Below, in pieces: positions 46,575 through 55,436 of a stretch of 64,000 nt of DNA. The notes beneath the pieces were generated by a model that worked only from the letters and a program-made list of their open reading frames with translations, made no database searches and had not been told where the DNA came from. Position 1 is the first letter of the stretch. Each line of letters begins with the position of its first letter. Made by a program: the position numbers and the translations under genes. Source of the DNA: Candidatus Sericytochromatia bacterium (lineage in GTDB: Bacteria > Cyanobacteriota > Sericytochromatia > UBA7694); assembly GCA_018780035.1 (NCBI GenBank), contig JADMKE010000047.1, positions 7,823 to 71,822 of the forward strand, read 5' to 3'.

Positions 46575-46976
46575 TTGGTTGGCGTTTATTCCCCTCTGGA
46601 GTCAGCTGAACCGATTGTTAATTTTTCTCCCGCTGAGTGTCTGAGTTATTCAGAAATTATTCTCAGAGCCAGTGAGCTTACTCCCTTTTTGCGCCAAGAG
46701 GTCAAACACAAACGTTTTGTGATGTTGTATTCCGATCCCTGTGATACGTTGATCATGACTTACGCAGCTCTGCTGGCAGAGCAGATTGCTATCTTGCAGG
46801 CCCCACTGAGTTCCCCTGAAGAGGGCCAATACCTTGAAGCATTGATGCAAAAATCGGGAATTCAAGCAGTGGTGACCTCTCATGAGTTAAAATCGTGTTT
46901 GGACAATTACGCTCCAGGTTTGGCTCAAAAAACAGAGGTTATTAGTTTTTCTCCTCAGCAAGCGCGCAAAAAATAA
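46575..46976 (+). CDS. 133-aa ORF resembling only the N-terminal subdomain of an adenylate-forming (ANL) enzyme; possible remnant
   Basis: LSYSEIILRASELTPFLRQEV..RFVMLYSDPCDTLIMTYAALLAEQIAILQAPL...ALMQKSGIQAVVTS follows the ANL N-terminal pattern, but the AMP-binding core is absent. The start is a TTG with GAGG 8 nt upstream. Confidence 0.35.
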   Translation: MVGVYSPLESAEPIVNFSPAECLSYSEIILRASELTPFLRQEVKHKRFVMLYSDPCDTLIMTYAALLAEQIAILQAPLSSPEEGQYLEALMQKSGIQAVVTSHELKSCLDNYAPGLAQKTEVISFSPQQARKK

Positions 46977-47635
46977 CCTTTTCCATACACTGTTTGAATC
47001 TGACATTGGGTGGGCCATTTTTTTAAGCGATTGCGCAAGCGATTAATATGGGTCTCAACCAAATGGGCATCCCTTTCTGGCAAAAAAGCCCCTCCCCAAA
47101 GATGGCTGTAAAGCTCGGATTTGGAAAGCAAATCAGGTGAATGAGCAAAAAAGATTTTTAAGAGTCTGTGTTCCATTTCTGAAAGGGACAGCGGCACCTG
47201 ATTGCAATAAAACAGATCTTGACTTTGATCTAAGCGCAGCAGGCCAATTTGTAAACAGGTATTATTCAGCAGATAAGCCCGCAATTGGGCTTTTACACGG
47301 GCCAATAATTCTCTGACATCAACGGGTTTGACAATATAGTCGTTGGCACCTGCTTCAAGGGCTTGAATTTTGGTCTCTACACTGCGTTCTGCCGAAAAAA
47401 TGATCACAGGGGTATTCCATTGATTGCGTATTTTTTGGCAGAGTTGAATCCCATTGCCATCGGGCAATTCCAAATCCAAGAGAATCAAATCAATTTTTTG
47501 GCAGGACAATTGTTTGAATCCCTCTGCACCCGTGACAGTTAAATGGGTTTGATACCCTTGGGTTTCGAGACTCATGCGCGTAAATGTTGCCAAACGCAAA
47601 TCGTCTTCAATAATTAAAATCGTCTGATCGCTCAT
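46955..47635 (-). CDS. OmpR/PhoB-family response regulator
   Basis: REC segment ILIIEDD...DLILLDLELPDGNG...K. The C-terminal winged helix reads LSEMEHRLLKIF...VETHINRLRNRL...IQTVYGKGY. Confidence 0.9.
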   Translation of the reverse strand: MSDQTILIIEDDLRLATFTRMSLETQGYQTHLTVTGAEGFKQLSCQKIDLILLDLELPDGNGIQLCQKIRNQWNTPVIIFSAERSVETKIQALEAGANDYIVKPVDVRELLARVKAQLRAYLLNNTCLQIGLLRLDQSQDLFYCNQVPLSLSEMEHRLLKIFFAHSPDLLSKSELYSHLWGGAFLPERDAHLVETHINRLRNRLKKWPTQCQIQTVYGKGYFLRAC

Positions 47636-47636
47636 T

Positions 47637-48719
47637 TTAGGCTTTGAGCGGGGTTTGGGTCAGTGACAAAAGTTCTGAGTGATTCTGTATGGGTTTTGGC
47701 CACATGCGGGTAATCTCTGCCAAGGAGGCGGATGAATCTTTTTGAAAACCCTGCAAGAGGCTTTGCAAACAAGCAGATTGCAATTTGGGCTCAGCTGAAA
47801 TCTGGTAGAGACCTTGGTAAATTTGGGCCTGTTTAAACCACAATTCTGCTGCCTGCGGAGCATAAATCAATGCCATTTGAACCAAGTGTAAAGCCCGTTT
47901 CAGTCCTTCTACCTGCTTGAATTCAATCAAGGCATCCAGCCAGACCCTGTAGCCCCATTTTAAGAGTTCTTCAGAATGGTTGCCAAAGGCGCTGAGCCAT
48001 TCTTCACTTTTTAGGGCGAGGTTTTGCCACTGGCTGGGATTTTTGAGCAATCGGGCCAAGCAGAATTCACAGACAAGTTCGAAATAGGATTTAAAAAAAG
48101 TGGGTTCCCAGTCTGAAAATTGGTTTTTTAAATTGAGGAGTGCATCTGCAGAGGTCTCAGAGAAAAAATGTTTTAGACTATAAAGCAGTCCAGATGCCAA
48201 TTTGAGAGTCTGTTCAGGCAGATCTTCGGGGCAAAAGCGATGGGCCTCTTGAGCGGTTTGCAATGCGCGCTCAGCCAGAACCCATTGTTGGCGAGCGGCC
48301 TCTAAAAAAGCAATTAAAATTTGTAGTTGAATCGGTTGGCTAAATTGAGGCAATGCTTCGGTCAGAAGGTGTTGGGCTACACTGTCTTGGCCGTTTAAAA
48401 GACAAACATGGCTATTGAGTAAAAGTTTTTCAAAGGCCTCATTGCCTGTTAAAGCCGAAATCTGGGCATCCAAAGGCACAGTTTGCTCTCTGGCATAGCC
48501 CACTGTTTGCAGCAATTGCAATTGAACAATGGCATCTTGAGATAAAATCTGTGAGATTTTTTTGAGGATTTTTTCTGAAGGAATGCGTTTGTCAGATTCG
48601 ATCAATGAGACATAGGCTTCAGATATATCCGCTTTTTCAGCCAATTGACGCATGGACAGGCCCGAATGAAAGCGCAGTTCCCGAAGTCGTTGTGCCAGGG
48701 GTGAGAGTTCAACATTCAT
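47637..48719 (-). CDS. XRE-family HTH protein with a C-terminal TPR-like helical domain
   Basis: LRELRFHSGLSMRQLAEKADISEAYVSLIESDKRIPS is an HTH_3-type segment, followed by about 280 aa of helical repeats. Its stop is 1 nt from the response-regulator start. Confidence 0.8.
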   Translation of the reverse strand: MNVELSPLAQRLRELRFHSGLSMRQLAEKADISEAYVSLIESDKRIPSEKILKKISQILSQDAIVQLQLLQTVGYAREQTVPLDAQISALTGNEAFEKLLLNSHVCLLNGQDSVAQHLLTEALPQFSQPIQLQILIAFLEAARQQWVLAERALQTAQEAHRFCPEDLPEQTLKLASGLLYSLKHFFSETSADALLNLKNQFSDWEPTFFKSYFELVCEFCLARLLKNPSQWQNLALKSEEWLSAFGNHSEELLKWGYRVWLDALIEFKQVEGLKRALHLVQMALIYAPQAAELWFKQAQIYQGLYQISAEPKLQSACLQSLLQGFQKDSSASLAEITRMWPKPIQNHSELLSLTQTPLKA

Positions 48720-48770
48720 ACCCCCTATTATGAACCAGACTTCAACTGCTTGACAAATTATTTCACGCGT

Positions 48771-50333
48771 TTAAAGGGAATTTGATTCAAGCAACGCATG
48801 ATTTGGGTTTTTTTTGACTTTCAAGGGCTTTGAAAGCCGCAATAACAGGCTTGTTTTTTCCGCTTTTGTCAGTCCCAATAGCAACAGGAAAGCCAAACTC
48901 AGGCTTCCCGCCGCTGTGCCACCGAGCAAGAGGCGCAAAAGCGGTGTCAGGGAGGCCAATTGTAACCAAAGTGGCCAGACCAACAGTGAAGCCAATATAC
49001 CTGCCAACCAGGCCCTGCCTGAAGCGCGCAGAAAATAATTCAGAGGCGAGATGCCACTGGCTTTTTGAACCAGAGGCAATTGGAAAAAGACCGCCATCAC
49101 CAGATTGGGGAGCACTGTTCCCAAAGCCACCCCCAAGACCCCCAAGCGCGGAGCCAAAAATAAACTCAGACTCAGGTTTAAAACGGCCTCAGCCATGCCT
49201 CCCCACATCAGGGCTTGCTCCCGTTGGCACATCAGCAAAATTTGGGTTGAACTGCTGCGCAGACTGACCTGCACAAACATCGAGAAAAGCAATAATCTGG
49301 CACAGAGCACCAGGGTGGGGTCGTTGAGATTGAGCCAAAGCTGCAGCAAATCGGGCAGCACCCAAGCCAAGGGCAGGCCCATCAAGACGGCCAAAAGGCT
49401 GACCCATCGGGCAGATTTGAGCAGTGTATCGTGAATCATGGCCTGATCCCCTTGGGCATGGGCCCGAGCTGCCAGGGGGCCTAAATAATCGTGTAATTGG
49501 GTCGTCAATTGGCGAAAGAGATCGGCCACCCTGCCTGCAATTTGGTAGCCTGCAATGGCACTCACGCCCAAGGTTGTCCCAATCACCAATTGGTCACTGC
49601 GGAAAATGACCAAATTGCTCAAGGTAATTAACCAGGCAAAGAAACTAAATCCTGCGACCTCTTTTAAGAGGCTGAGACTCGGACGCCCCAATTTAAATTG
49701 AGGGGGCAGGCCCTGCCAGGCCTTGCGAAAGAGCCAAGCGTTGGTCAATAAGGTGCTCAAAAGGGTCCAGAGTGTGAGCGCCATTAAATTGGGCCAAAAG
49801 TGCAAGAGCAGTAAACTGCCACCGGTTTGCAGCAAAACCCCTTGGGCCTGGATCCGGTTGCGCAGTCGCAATTGGCCCAAACCACGCAACATTTCAGCGG
49901 CCATGCCGGTGGGAAAGAGCAAACCGCTGCCCACCCCAAAGACCAAAAACAGCTGTTGAAAGGGGGTGGGGTCAGAACCAAACTGAAACCACTGGGGCAG
50001 GCCTTGCGCCAAGGGAAAGGAGATCAAAGCCAAGAGCCCCCCCATGAAGCCATAGCTGAGCAAGAGCGAACTCAGCAATTGGCCGTAGCGCTGCCAATCC
50101 CCTTGGGCAGAACTTTGGCTGGTCCATTTTTGCACGGCCGTACCAAAGCCAAAATCGAGCAAAAGGGTATAGCTAAAAATCGACCAGAGCAGGGCCCAAA
50201 ATCCGTATTGCTCTGGGTTGAGCCCCAGAAAAAGGGAACGGGTTAAAACCAACATACTGCCAATGCGCAGAGCCAGGAGGCCGTAATTGCTCAAGGTGCT
50301 GCTGAGCCAGCTTTCGTTTAACTTGCCTGACAT
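48771..50333 (-). CDS. polysaccharide flippase (Wzx / MOP superfamily)
   Basis: 520 aa with about 14 predicted TM segments. The layout and genomic context are Wzx-like. Confidence 0.7.
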   Translation of the reverse strand: MSGKLNESWLSSTLSNYGLLALRIGSMLVLTRSLFLGLNPEQYGFWALLWSIFSYTLLLDFGFGTAVQKWTSQSSAQGDWQRYGQLLSSLLLSYGFMGGLLALISFPLAQGLPQWFQFGSDPTPFQQLFLVFGVGSGLLFPTGMAAEMLRGLGQLRLRNRIQAQGVLLQTGGSLLLLHFWPNLMALTLWTLLSTLLTNAWLFRKAWQGLPPQFKLGRPSLSLLKEVAGFSFFAWLITLSNLVIFRSDQLVIGTTLGVSAIAGYQIAGRVADLFRQLTTQLHDYLGPLAARAHAQGDQAMIHDTLLKSARWVSLLAVLMGLPLAWVLPDLLQLWLNLNDPTLVLCARLLLFSMFVQVSLRSSSTQILLMCQREQALMWGGMAEAVLNLSLSLFLAPRLGVLGVALGTVLPNLVMAVFFQLPLVQKASGISPLNYFLRASGRAWLAGILASLLVWPLWLQLASLTPLLRLLLGGTAAGSLSLAFLLLLGLTKAEKTSLLLRLSKPLKVKKNPNHALLESNSL

Positions 50334-51481
50334 GTTTGGGCCTCGATTTCTTGCAAAAGTACCTGTTCTACTTGGCGTTTGACTTTGTCCACACCAAAGC
50401 GTTCAAAGGCATCCGCTTGGGCCTGTTTTCCGATCGTTTGCAGTCGCTCGGGAAATTTTAATTGTTCGAGCAGAGCCTGGGCCAGGCTTTTGCTGTCTCC
50501 TGGTTGAAACAAAATGCCTGTTTCTCCGTGTTTGATTATTTCTGCAGGCCCATAAGCGTCAGGGGCAAAGACGGCCAAGCCACGCAACATGGCCTCGACG
50601 ATTACCAAGCCAAAGGGCTCACGCATGGTGGTGGGCATCAAAAGCAATGGGTGTTGGGCATAAAGTGGAGCAGGATCAGGCTGCCAACCCAGAAAATGGA
50701 CCTGTTTTTCGAGGCCGTGGGAAGACACAAATTGGCGGCAAAAGTCGAGATAATCAGCTTGACCTTTGCCTGCCACAGTCAGTTCCAAAATCTGCCCCTG
50801 TTCTTTTAGCTGCAAGAGGGCTTCGAGCGCCAGATGTAAGCCTTTTTCGGGATCAATTCGGCCCAAAAACAGGGCTTTGAGGGGGGCGTTCCAATCTGGC
50901 CATGTTTTTTGGCTTGGCAAGTCCAGGCCATTGGGAATAAACACCACTTTTTGGCTGTGGTATTTGCTCTGAATTTCTGGGCCCATCCAACGGGCGACAG
51001 AAATCACGGGGTCCAATTTAAAAGATCCGCCATGCAGACCGGGAATCCGCTCTTTGATTTTTCTGCGAATCCAGGGGGTTAATCCGGGTTTGAGGTAGGA
51101 GTCGGGCCAAAAATCACCGAACTCAAAGACCTTTGGCAATTTGGATTTTTCGACGGCATAGACCGGGCCCAAAGAGATCAAGCGCTGGCTCCAAAGATAA
51201 ACCAGATCGGGTTGAAAGGCCTGGATCGTGTCCAAAGTGAGTGTGTAATTCTTTTTTTCCGTTTGCCATTTTTGCCGGTAACTGCCCTTGGCATAGTCGA
51301 TCCGATCGTAGCTGCGCAAGACATGGCTTTCTGCCAGCGGGGTTTCGTCTGGGCTCTGTGAGGTCAGCACCTGCACCTGGTGCCCACGCTTGCGCAGCCA
51401 ATTGACGGTGGTTTCACAGGCAATTTCGTAACCTCCGACGCTATAAGGGGGATAATAATTTGTCAAAACCAAAATTCGCAT
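50318..51481 (-). CDS. GT4 glycosyltransferase
   Basis: MRILVLTNYYPPYSVGGYEIA..., and C-terminal REPFGLVIVEAMLRGLAVFAPDAYGPAEIIKHGETG. Confidence 0.85.
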   Translation of the reverse strand: MRILVLTNYYPPYSVGGYEIACETTVNWLRKRGHQVQVLTSQSPDETPLAESHVLRSYDRIDYAKGSYRQKWQTEKKNYTLTLDTIQAFQPDLVYLWSQRLISLGPVYAVEKSKLPKVFEFGDFWPDSYLKPGLTPWIRRKIKERIPGLHGGSFKLDPVISVARWMGPEIQSKYHSQKVVFIPNGLDLPSQKTWPDWNAPLKALFLGRIDPEKGLHLALEALLQLKEQGQILELTVAGKGQADYLDFCRQFVSSHGLEKQVHFLGWQPDPAPLYAQHPLLLMPTTMREPFGLVIVEAMLRGLAVFAPDAYGPAEIIKHGETGILFQPGDSKSLAQALLEQLKFPERLQTIGKQAQADAFERFGVDKVKRQVEQVLLQEIEAQTCQAS

Positions 51482-51538
51482 ACTGTGTTTACCTCCGAGA
51501 CTTCTATTACCAGCTTAAGTCTCAGGCCCGTGTGAAAG

Positions 51539-51573
51539 AATCAGACTTTAAGCCCTTTCAGTGTCGGACTTTT
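51539..51573 (-). promoter_or_regulatory. bipartite locus motif, copy 5 (minus strand AAAAGTCCGACA-N17-CTGATT)
   Basis: The plus strand has tgtcgg at 51562..51567 and aatcag at 51539..51544. It lies 57 nt upstream of ATG 51481. Confidence 0.4.
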
Positions 51574-52937
51574 CTGACGGCCAAACGTGAGCCTAGCCTG
51601 GGCCCTGGAGTTTGTTTCTGAGACTGTCTTTCTAATCTTTCCAAGACCAGGATCAGGGCGAAGACCAGCATCAATTGGTAAAAATTATTCGATTGTTTGA
51701 GCACCCATTCAAAACAGGTTTCGAGATAAATCGAGACCTGCCCAGCGGCCAAACCCAACGCCAGTGCCTTGTATACGGGGTTCTGGGCTTTAAAAAAGAG
51801 CCGAAAAGCCCGAAACGCAAATCCCCAGAGCAGAATCACATAGAGGGCCAAACTGTGCCAACCGGCCTCAGCTGCCACCATCAGGTAAGCCGTTTCCACC
51901 AATCCGCCTTTTTCCTCTTCCTCTTCGGGATCATTGCTCTCTTTGCGGGGAATGTGGTCCCCATAGGGGTAAGGGGGGTTGATCTTGAGGCCAAAATTGT
52001 TTAAACCAATGCCGAGGGGTTTGTCGGCCACCATGCGCAGGGCGGCAATGGCCAAAACCTGACGCACCTCCATCGACTCTTCGGGAGCTGTTTCAAAGCG
52101 CTCGTGAATGGAGTCGCTGGCTTTCCAAGCAATGGCTCCCCCCATGGTCAAGGCCAAGAGCAGCACAGCCGTTTTACGCAGGCTGATCTGGCTTGGGGTA
52201 TACGAAAATACAAAAACCAAAGCCAGTCCCAAGGCCAAAAACAACATCCCGCCACGGGAGAAGGTAAACACAGTGCACAACATGCCCACGGCCAAAAGTC
52301 CCAGCCAAAACAGACTGATAGCTGCAGAGCTGCGCTTTTGATTGAGTACATATGAAAAGAGCAGGCAGTTGAACAAATTGACATACATGACCAATGAGTT
52401 TTGGTGCGGAAAGGGCCCTTTGGCCTGCCACATACCCATGCGGTATTTTTGGTTGAGCATTTCATAAAAGATATACAACATGACCAATGCCACGGCCCTT
52501 AAAAACCACTGCAATTGTCTGGGGTTTTGAATCCAATGGCTCACAACCCAAAAAAGCAGGTACATTCTCACCATCTTAAACAGCTCAAAGGCCACAAACA
52601 GTGGCTCTCCGGCATTGACCACCGAGAGGGCTGAAAAGGCAAAATAGAGCCAAAAGACCGTCGAACCTGGCGGCCAAGGGGTGAGTTTGAACTGTTGCCG
52701 TCTGAGCCACAGGGCCCCCAACATACCCAGCGCCAAGATATCGATCAAAGAGACCTCAAAGCCTTTGGCAGTGCCCCTGTAAAACTCCATTGAAACAAAG
52801 TTAATATCCACGGTTTTTACAGTTAAAAAGACCAAGAGTGGAATCACGGCATTGCGCAATCGTGCTGAACGCGACAAAACCAGTGCCAGCAAAGGGGTTC
52901 CCACCACCAAAAAGGCAAAAAACGCCAGGTATTTCAT
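51558..52937 (-). CDS. O-antigen polymerase/ligase family membrane protein (Wzy-like)
   Basis: More than 10 TM segments. FTFSRGGMLFLALGLAL is a Wzy_C-type segment, and there is a large periplasmic-type loop. The start is taken at ATG 52937, which forms an ATGA overlap with the acetyltransferase stop. Confidence 0.7.
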   Translation of the reverse strand: MKYLAFFAFLVVGTPLLALVLSRSARLRNAVIPLLVFLTVKTVDINFVSMEFYRGTAKGFEVSLIDILALGMLGALWLRRQQFKLTPWPPGSTVFWLYFAFSALSVVNAGEPLFVAFELFKMVRMYLLFWVVSHWIQNPRQLQWFLRAVALVMLYIFYEMLNQKYRMGMWQAKGPFPHQNSLVMYVNLFNCLLFSYVLNQKRSSAAISLFWLGLLAVGMLCTVFTFSRGGMLFLALGLALVFVFSYTPSQISLRKTAVLLLALTMGGAIAWKASDSIHERFETAPEESMEVRQVLAIAALRMVADKPLGIGLNNFGLKINPPYPYGDHIPRKESNDPEEEEEKGGLVETAYLMVAAEAGWHSLALYVILLWGFAFRAFRLFFKAQNPVYKALALGLAAGQVSIYLETCFEWVLKQSNNFYQLMLVFALILVLERLERQSQKQTPGPRLGSRLAVRKVRH

Positions 52938-53542
52938 GGCTCTAACAGGGCCCATTGTTTTTGGACTTCTTTTTCTTCTTCAGCTCTTTCAGGTGCAGAG
53001 GGCGCCTCAGGGCGCAAGCGCACCACACGGGCCGGAATGCCCACCGCCACACCATAAGCGGGTACATCACCGAGCACAACGGCGTTGGCGCCGATGCGGG
53101 CATAATCGCCCAAAACCACCCCACCGAGGATCTTGGCGCCTGTGGCAATTTCAACTTCGTGGCCAATCTGGGGATTGTCGATCTCATGCTCCTGTCCACG
53201 GGTGCCCAGGGTCACGCCCTGGTGGAGAATACAATTTTTGCCTATGCGCACATATTCACCGACCACGACCCCATTGGGGTGCGGCAAAAACAGGCCGCCT
53301 TGAATCTGGGCCCCGCGGGCGATATCGCAGCCAAAAAGAATTTGATTGGACAATGCGCTGAGTTTTGAAGGCAGTCCCCAATTCAGAGCGTGAAAGAAAC
53401 CTGCCAGCCTGAACAGCAAGACAGGCAAAAAGCGCGGATGCAGCAGGGACTTCCAAAATTGTGGACGAAAAGGCCAACTGTCTTTGAATTTACACAGATC
53501 GGCTTGTAGGTAATTCTTTAAGTCTGATAGGGCTTGGAACAT
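52934..53542 (-). CDS. hexapeptide-repeat O-acetyltransferase (serine acetyltransferase-like)
   Basis: LPHPNGVVVGEYVRIGKNCILHQGVTLG...HEVEIATGAKILGGVVLGDYARIGANAVV follows the CysE/LbH pattern. Confidence 0.85.
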   Translation of the reverse strand: MFQALSDLKNYLQADLCKFKDSWPFRPQFWKSLLHPRFLPVLLFRLAGFFHALNWGLPSKLSALSNQILFGCDIARGAQIQGGLFLPHPNGVVVGEYVRIGKNCILHQGVTLGTRGQEHEIDNPQIGHEVEIATGAKILGGVVLGDYARIGANAVVLGDVPAYGVAVGIPARVVRLRPEAPSAPERAEEEKEVQKQWALLEP

Positions 53543-53616
53543 CTTCGGCCTCCTAAAAAAAGTGCTGGCCGGTTTACCCGGCTGTGTTAAGCATAAAGGT
53601 TGCCTCCAAGCAAAAC

Positions 53617-53651
53617 ATTCAGCTTTTTGTGACAGGGCCTGTCAGAATTTT
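53617..53651 (-). promoter_or_regulatory. bipartite locus motif, copy 6 (minus strand AAAATTCTGACA-N17-CTGAAT)
   Basis: The plus strand has tgtcag at 53640..53645 and attcag at 53617..53622. It lies 74 nt upstream of ATG 53542. Confidence 0.4.
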
Positions 53652-53700
53652 CCCAAACTTGAATCAGGGCAAGAGGGGGCCGGACTTCTGGTGAGGAGGG

Positions 53701-54606
53701 TTAAGCTGCTGGATGTCTTTGCAACACCGTGACCTGGCCTTTGCCCGGATCTACAGATTTGTTCTGAATCCGTTGCCAGCCGTGGGTCCAGCCGCGAAAA
53801 TGGGCAAAGTGAAAAACCACGCGCCGGGGCAAGGCAAGGCCGGCCTCTTTCAGCTGCCGCTGCTTGAGACTGGCTTGGATATCCCGCGCAGTATCGGCCA
53901 AGACCCGCAAAGGCGCTTTCAACCAGGGGTATTGGGAATTTTGCATATAGGCATCCGCTTCCCCTTCGATAAAACGCCGGCCATAGAGTTGTTTGAGGGT
54001 GTAATTGTGAGAGTGCATGACCTCGGCCTGGGGCACATAGGCAATTTTGAGCCCTTGTTTTTGGGCCCTGAAACCCCATTCGCTGTCTTCTGAGCCCCAG
54101 GCCCAGGTATAAAAAGGCATTTTTTTCCAGGCACTTTTGCGCATGGCGGCCAAGGGCAGAGAATAGGTCATCCAGTCCGGCGCAGGGCCTTCAGCGGGAA
54201 AGGCTTTGGCATAATCCCTTTGCACCCAGGGATCCGCTTCGGGCCGGGGAATTTGGCGGGCAAAGCTGGCCACAATCTGCGGATCTTCAAAGGGCTGGAG
54301 CAGGTGGTCCAACACCTGTTCGTTTAACATCACCACATCGCTGTTGAGAAAGACCAAAATTTCACCTCGGGCAATTTGGGCGGCCTGGTTGAGGACTTTG
54401 CCTGGAAAATACGCTTCGGGAGCAATTGTCTGAATTTGGTGGGCACAGGGTTTGAGCCATTCTAAGCTCTGATCGCGGGTGCCTGAATCCATCACGATCA
54501 ATTCAAAGTCGATAAAGCGTTGGTTAAACAGCGCTTTGAGGACTTCAGCCATAGTCTCTTCGCTGTTTTTATTGCGCAAAATAATGCTGACTAAAGGCGC
54601 GCTCAT
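53701..54606 (-). CDS. GT2 glycosyltransferase
   Basis: VSIILRNKNSEETMAEVLKALFNQRFIDFELIVMDSGTRD...FLNSDV. Confidence 0.85.
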   Translation of the reverse strand: MSAPLVSIILRNKNSEETMAEVLKALFNQRFIDFELIVMDSGTRDQSLEWLKPCAHQIQTIAPEAYFPGKVLNQAAQIARGEILVFLNSDVVMLNEQVLDHLLQPFEDPQIVASFARQIPRPEADPWVQRDYAKAFPAEGPAPDWMTYSLPLAAMRKSAWKKMPFYTWAWGSEDSEWGFRAQKQGLKIAYVPQAEVMHSHNYTLKQLYGRRFIEGEADAYMQNSQYPWLKAPLRVLADTARDIQASLKQRQLKEAGLALPRRVVFHFAHFRGWTHGWQRIQNKSVDPGKGQVTVLQRHPAA

Positions 54607-55436
54607 ACCAAACTCCTTTCCGGCAGAACAGCTGCCTGGGCCATGGCGCTCATGGTCATCTGTGGGCGGGTTGCAATATACGCCAAAATGCGCTGAGCAG
54701 AAGCATATTGGTCGCAGAGATACATGGTGATTGGGTGTAAGATCAAATTGGAGATCACACCCAGGGCCTCATTGGCTTTGAGCTGTTCCAAGACCATGTC
54801 CGTCCAGACTTCAATTGAATACGATTCTGAGCCAAAATCGTCGGACCAATGATAGCGTTTGACCCATTGATCGACCCATTCCGGGGTGCGTTCAGCGTGG
54901 TAGAGATGTTCGTGATCGGGAATAATATTCAAGGGGAAATTGTAAATCCCCGTTGGATGCAATTCGGGCCCATTGCTGTCTTTGCGTACACCATCGGAGC
55001 AGATCAAAATGCCTGCCGCTTTGAGCAGGGCCTCGGTATAAGGCCCATGTTTGTACATGTGATTGCGCCAGCTGGTGATTTTGCGGCCAGTTTGGTCTTC
55101 GATGATCGCAATCGTCTTTTGCAGATCGCGTTTTTGGTACCAAGCTGGGCCATTGTAAGAGCCCAAGGCCTTGTTCCAGAAGCGGTGCCAAAGCTGGGGT
55201 TCAAAACAATCCCAATTGTGGCCCCCAATTTCAATCAGGGGGTTGTTCACAATCGGAACCAGGGCCGGGCCCTCTTCTAAGAAGGCCTTGCCGCTGATAA
55301 AATACGTTGCTTTGACCCCATATTCTGTCAATAATTGGGCAAAATCGAGTGCTGTTTGAACTTCAGACAAATCGCTGTGGGCCTGATTGCCTGTTCCGAG
55401 ACTGCTGTGATGAATATCTGCACTGAGCACAATCAT
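54603..55436 (-). CDS. polysaccharide deacetylase-like (CE4-like) protein
   Basis: MIVLSADIHHSS...KATYFISGKAF...EIGGHNWD follows a NodB-like pattern. The start is ATG 55436, which forms an ATGA overlap with the upstream stop. The family call is moderate. Confidence 0.55.
   Translation of the reverse strand: MIVLSADIHHSSLGTGNQAHSDLSEVQTALDFAQLLTEYGVKATYFISGKAFLEEGPALVPIVNNPLIEIGGHNWDCFEPQLWHRFWNKALGSYNGPAWYQKRDLQKTIAIIEDQTGRKITSWRNHMYKHGPYTEALLKAAGILICSDGVRKDSNGPELHPTGIYNFPLNIIPDHEHLYHAERTPEWVDQWVKRYHWSDDFGSESYSIEVWTDMVLEQLKANEALGVISNLILHPITMYLCDQYASAQRILAYIATRPQMTMSAMAQAAVLPERSLV

Noticed and set aside
53642-54079. 145-aa minus-strand ORF in another frame of the GT2 gene, and plus-strand ORF 53713..54093
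   Set aside because: They overlap the GT2 gene 53701..54606, which has the canonical N-terminal GT2 pattern. They cross motif copy 6 and the spacer with no start context.
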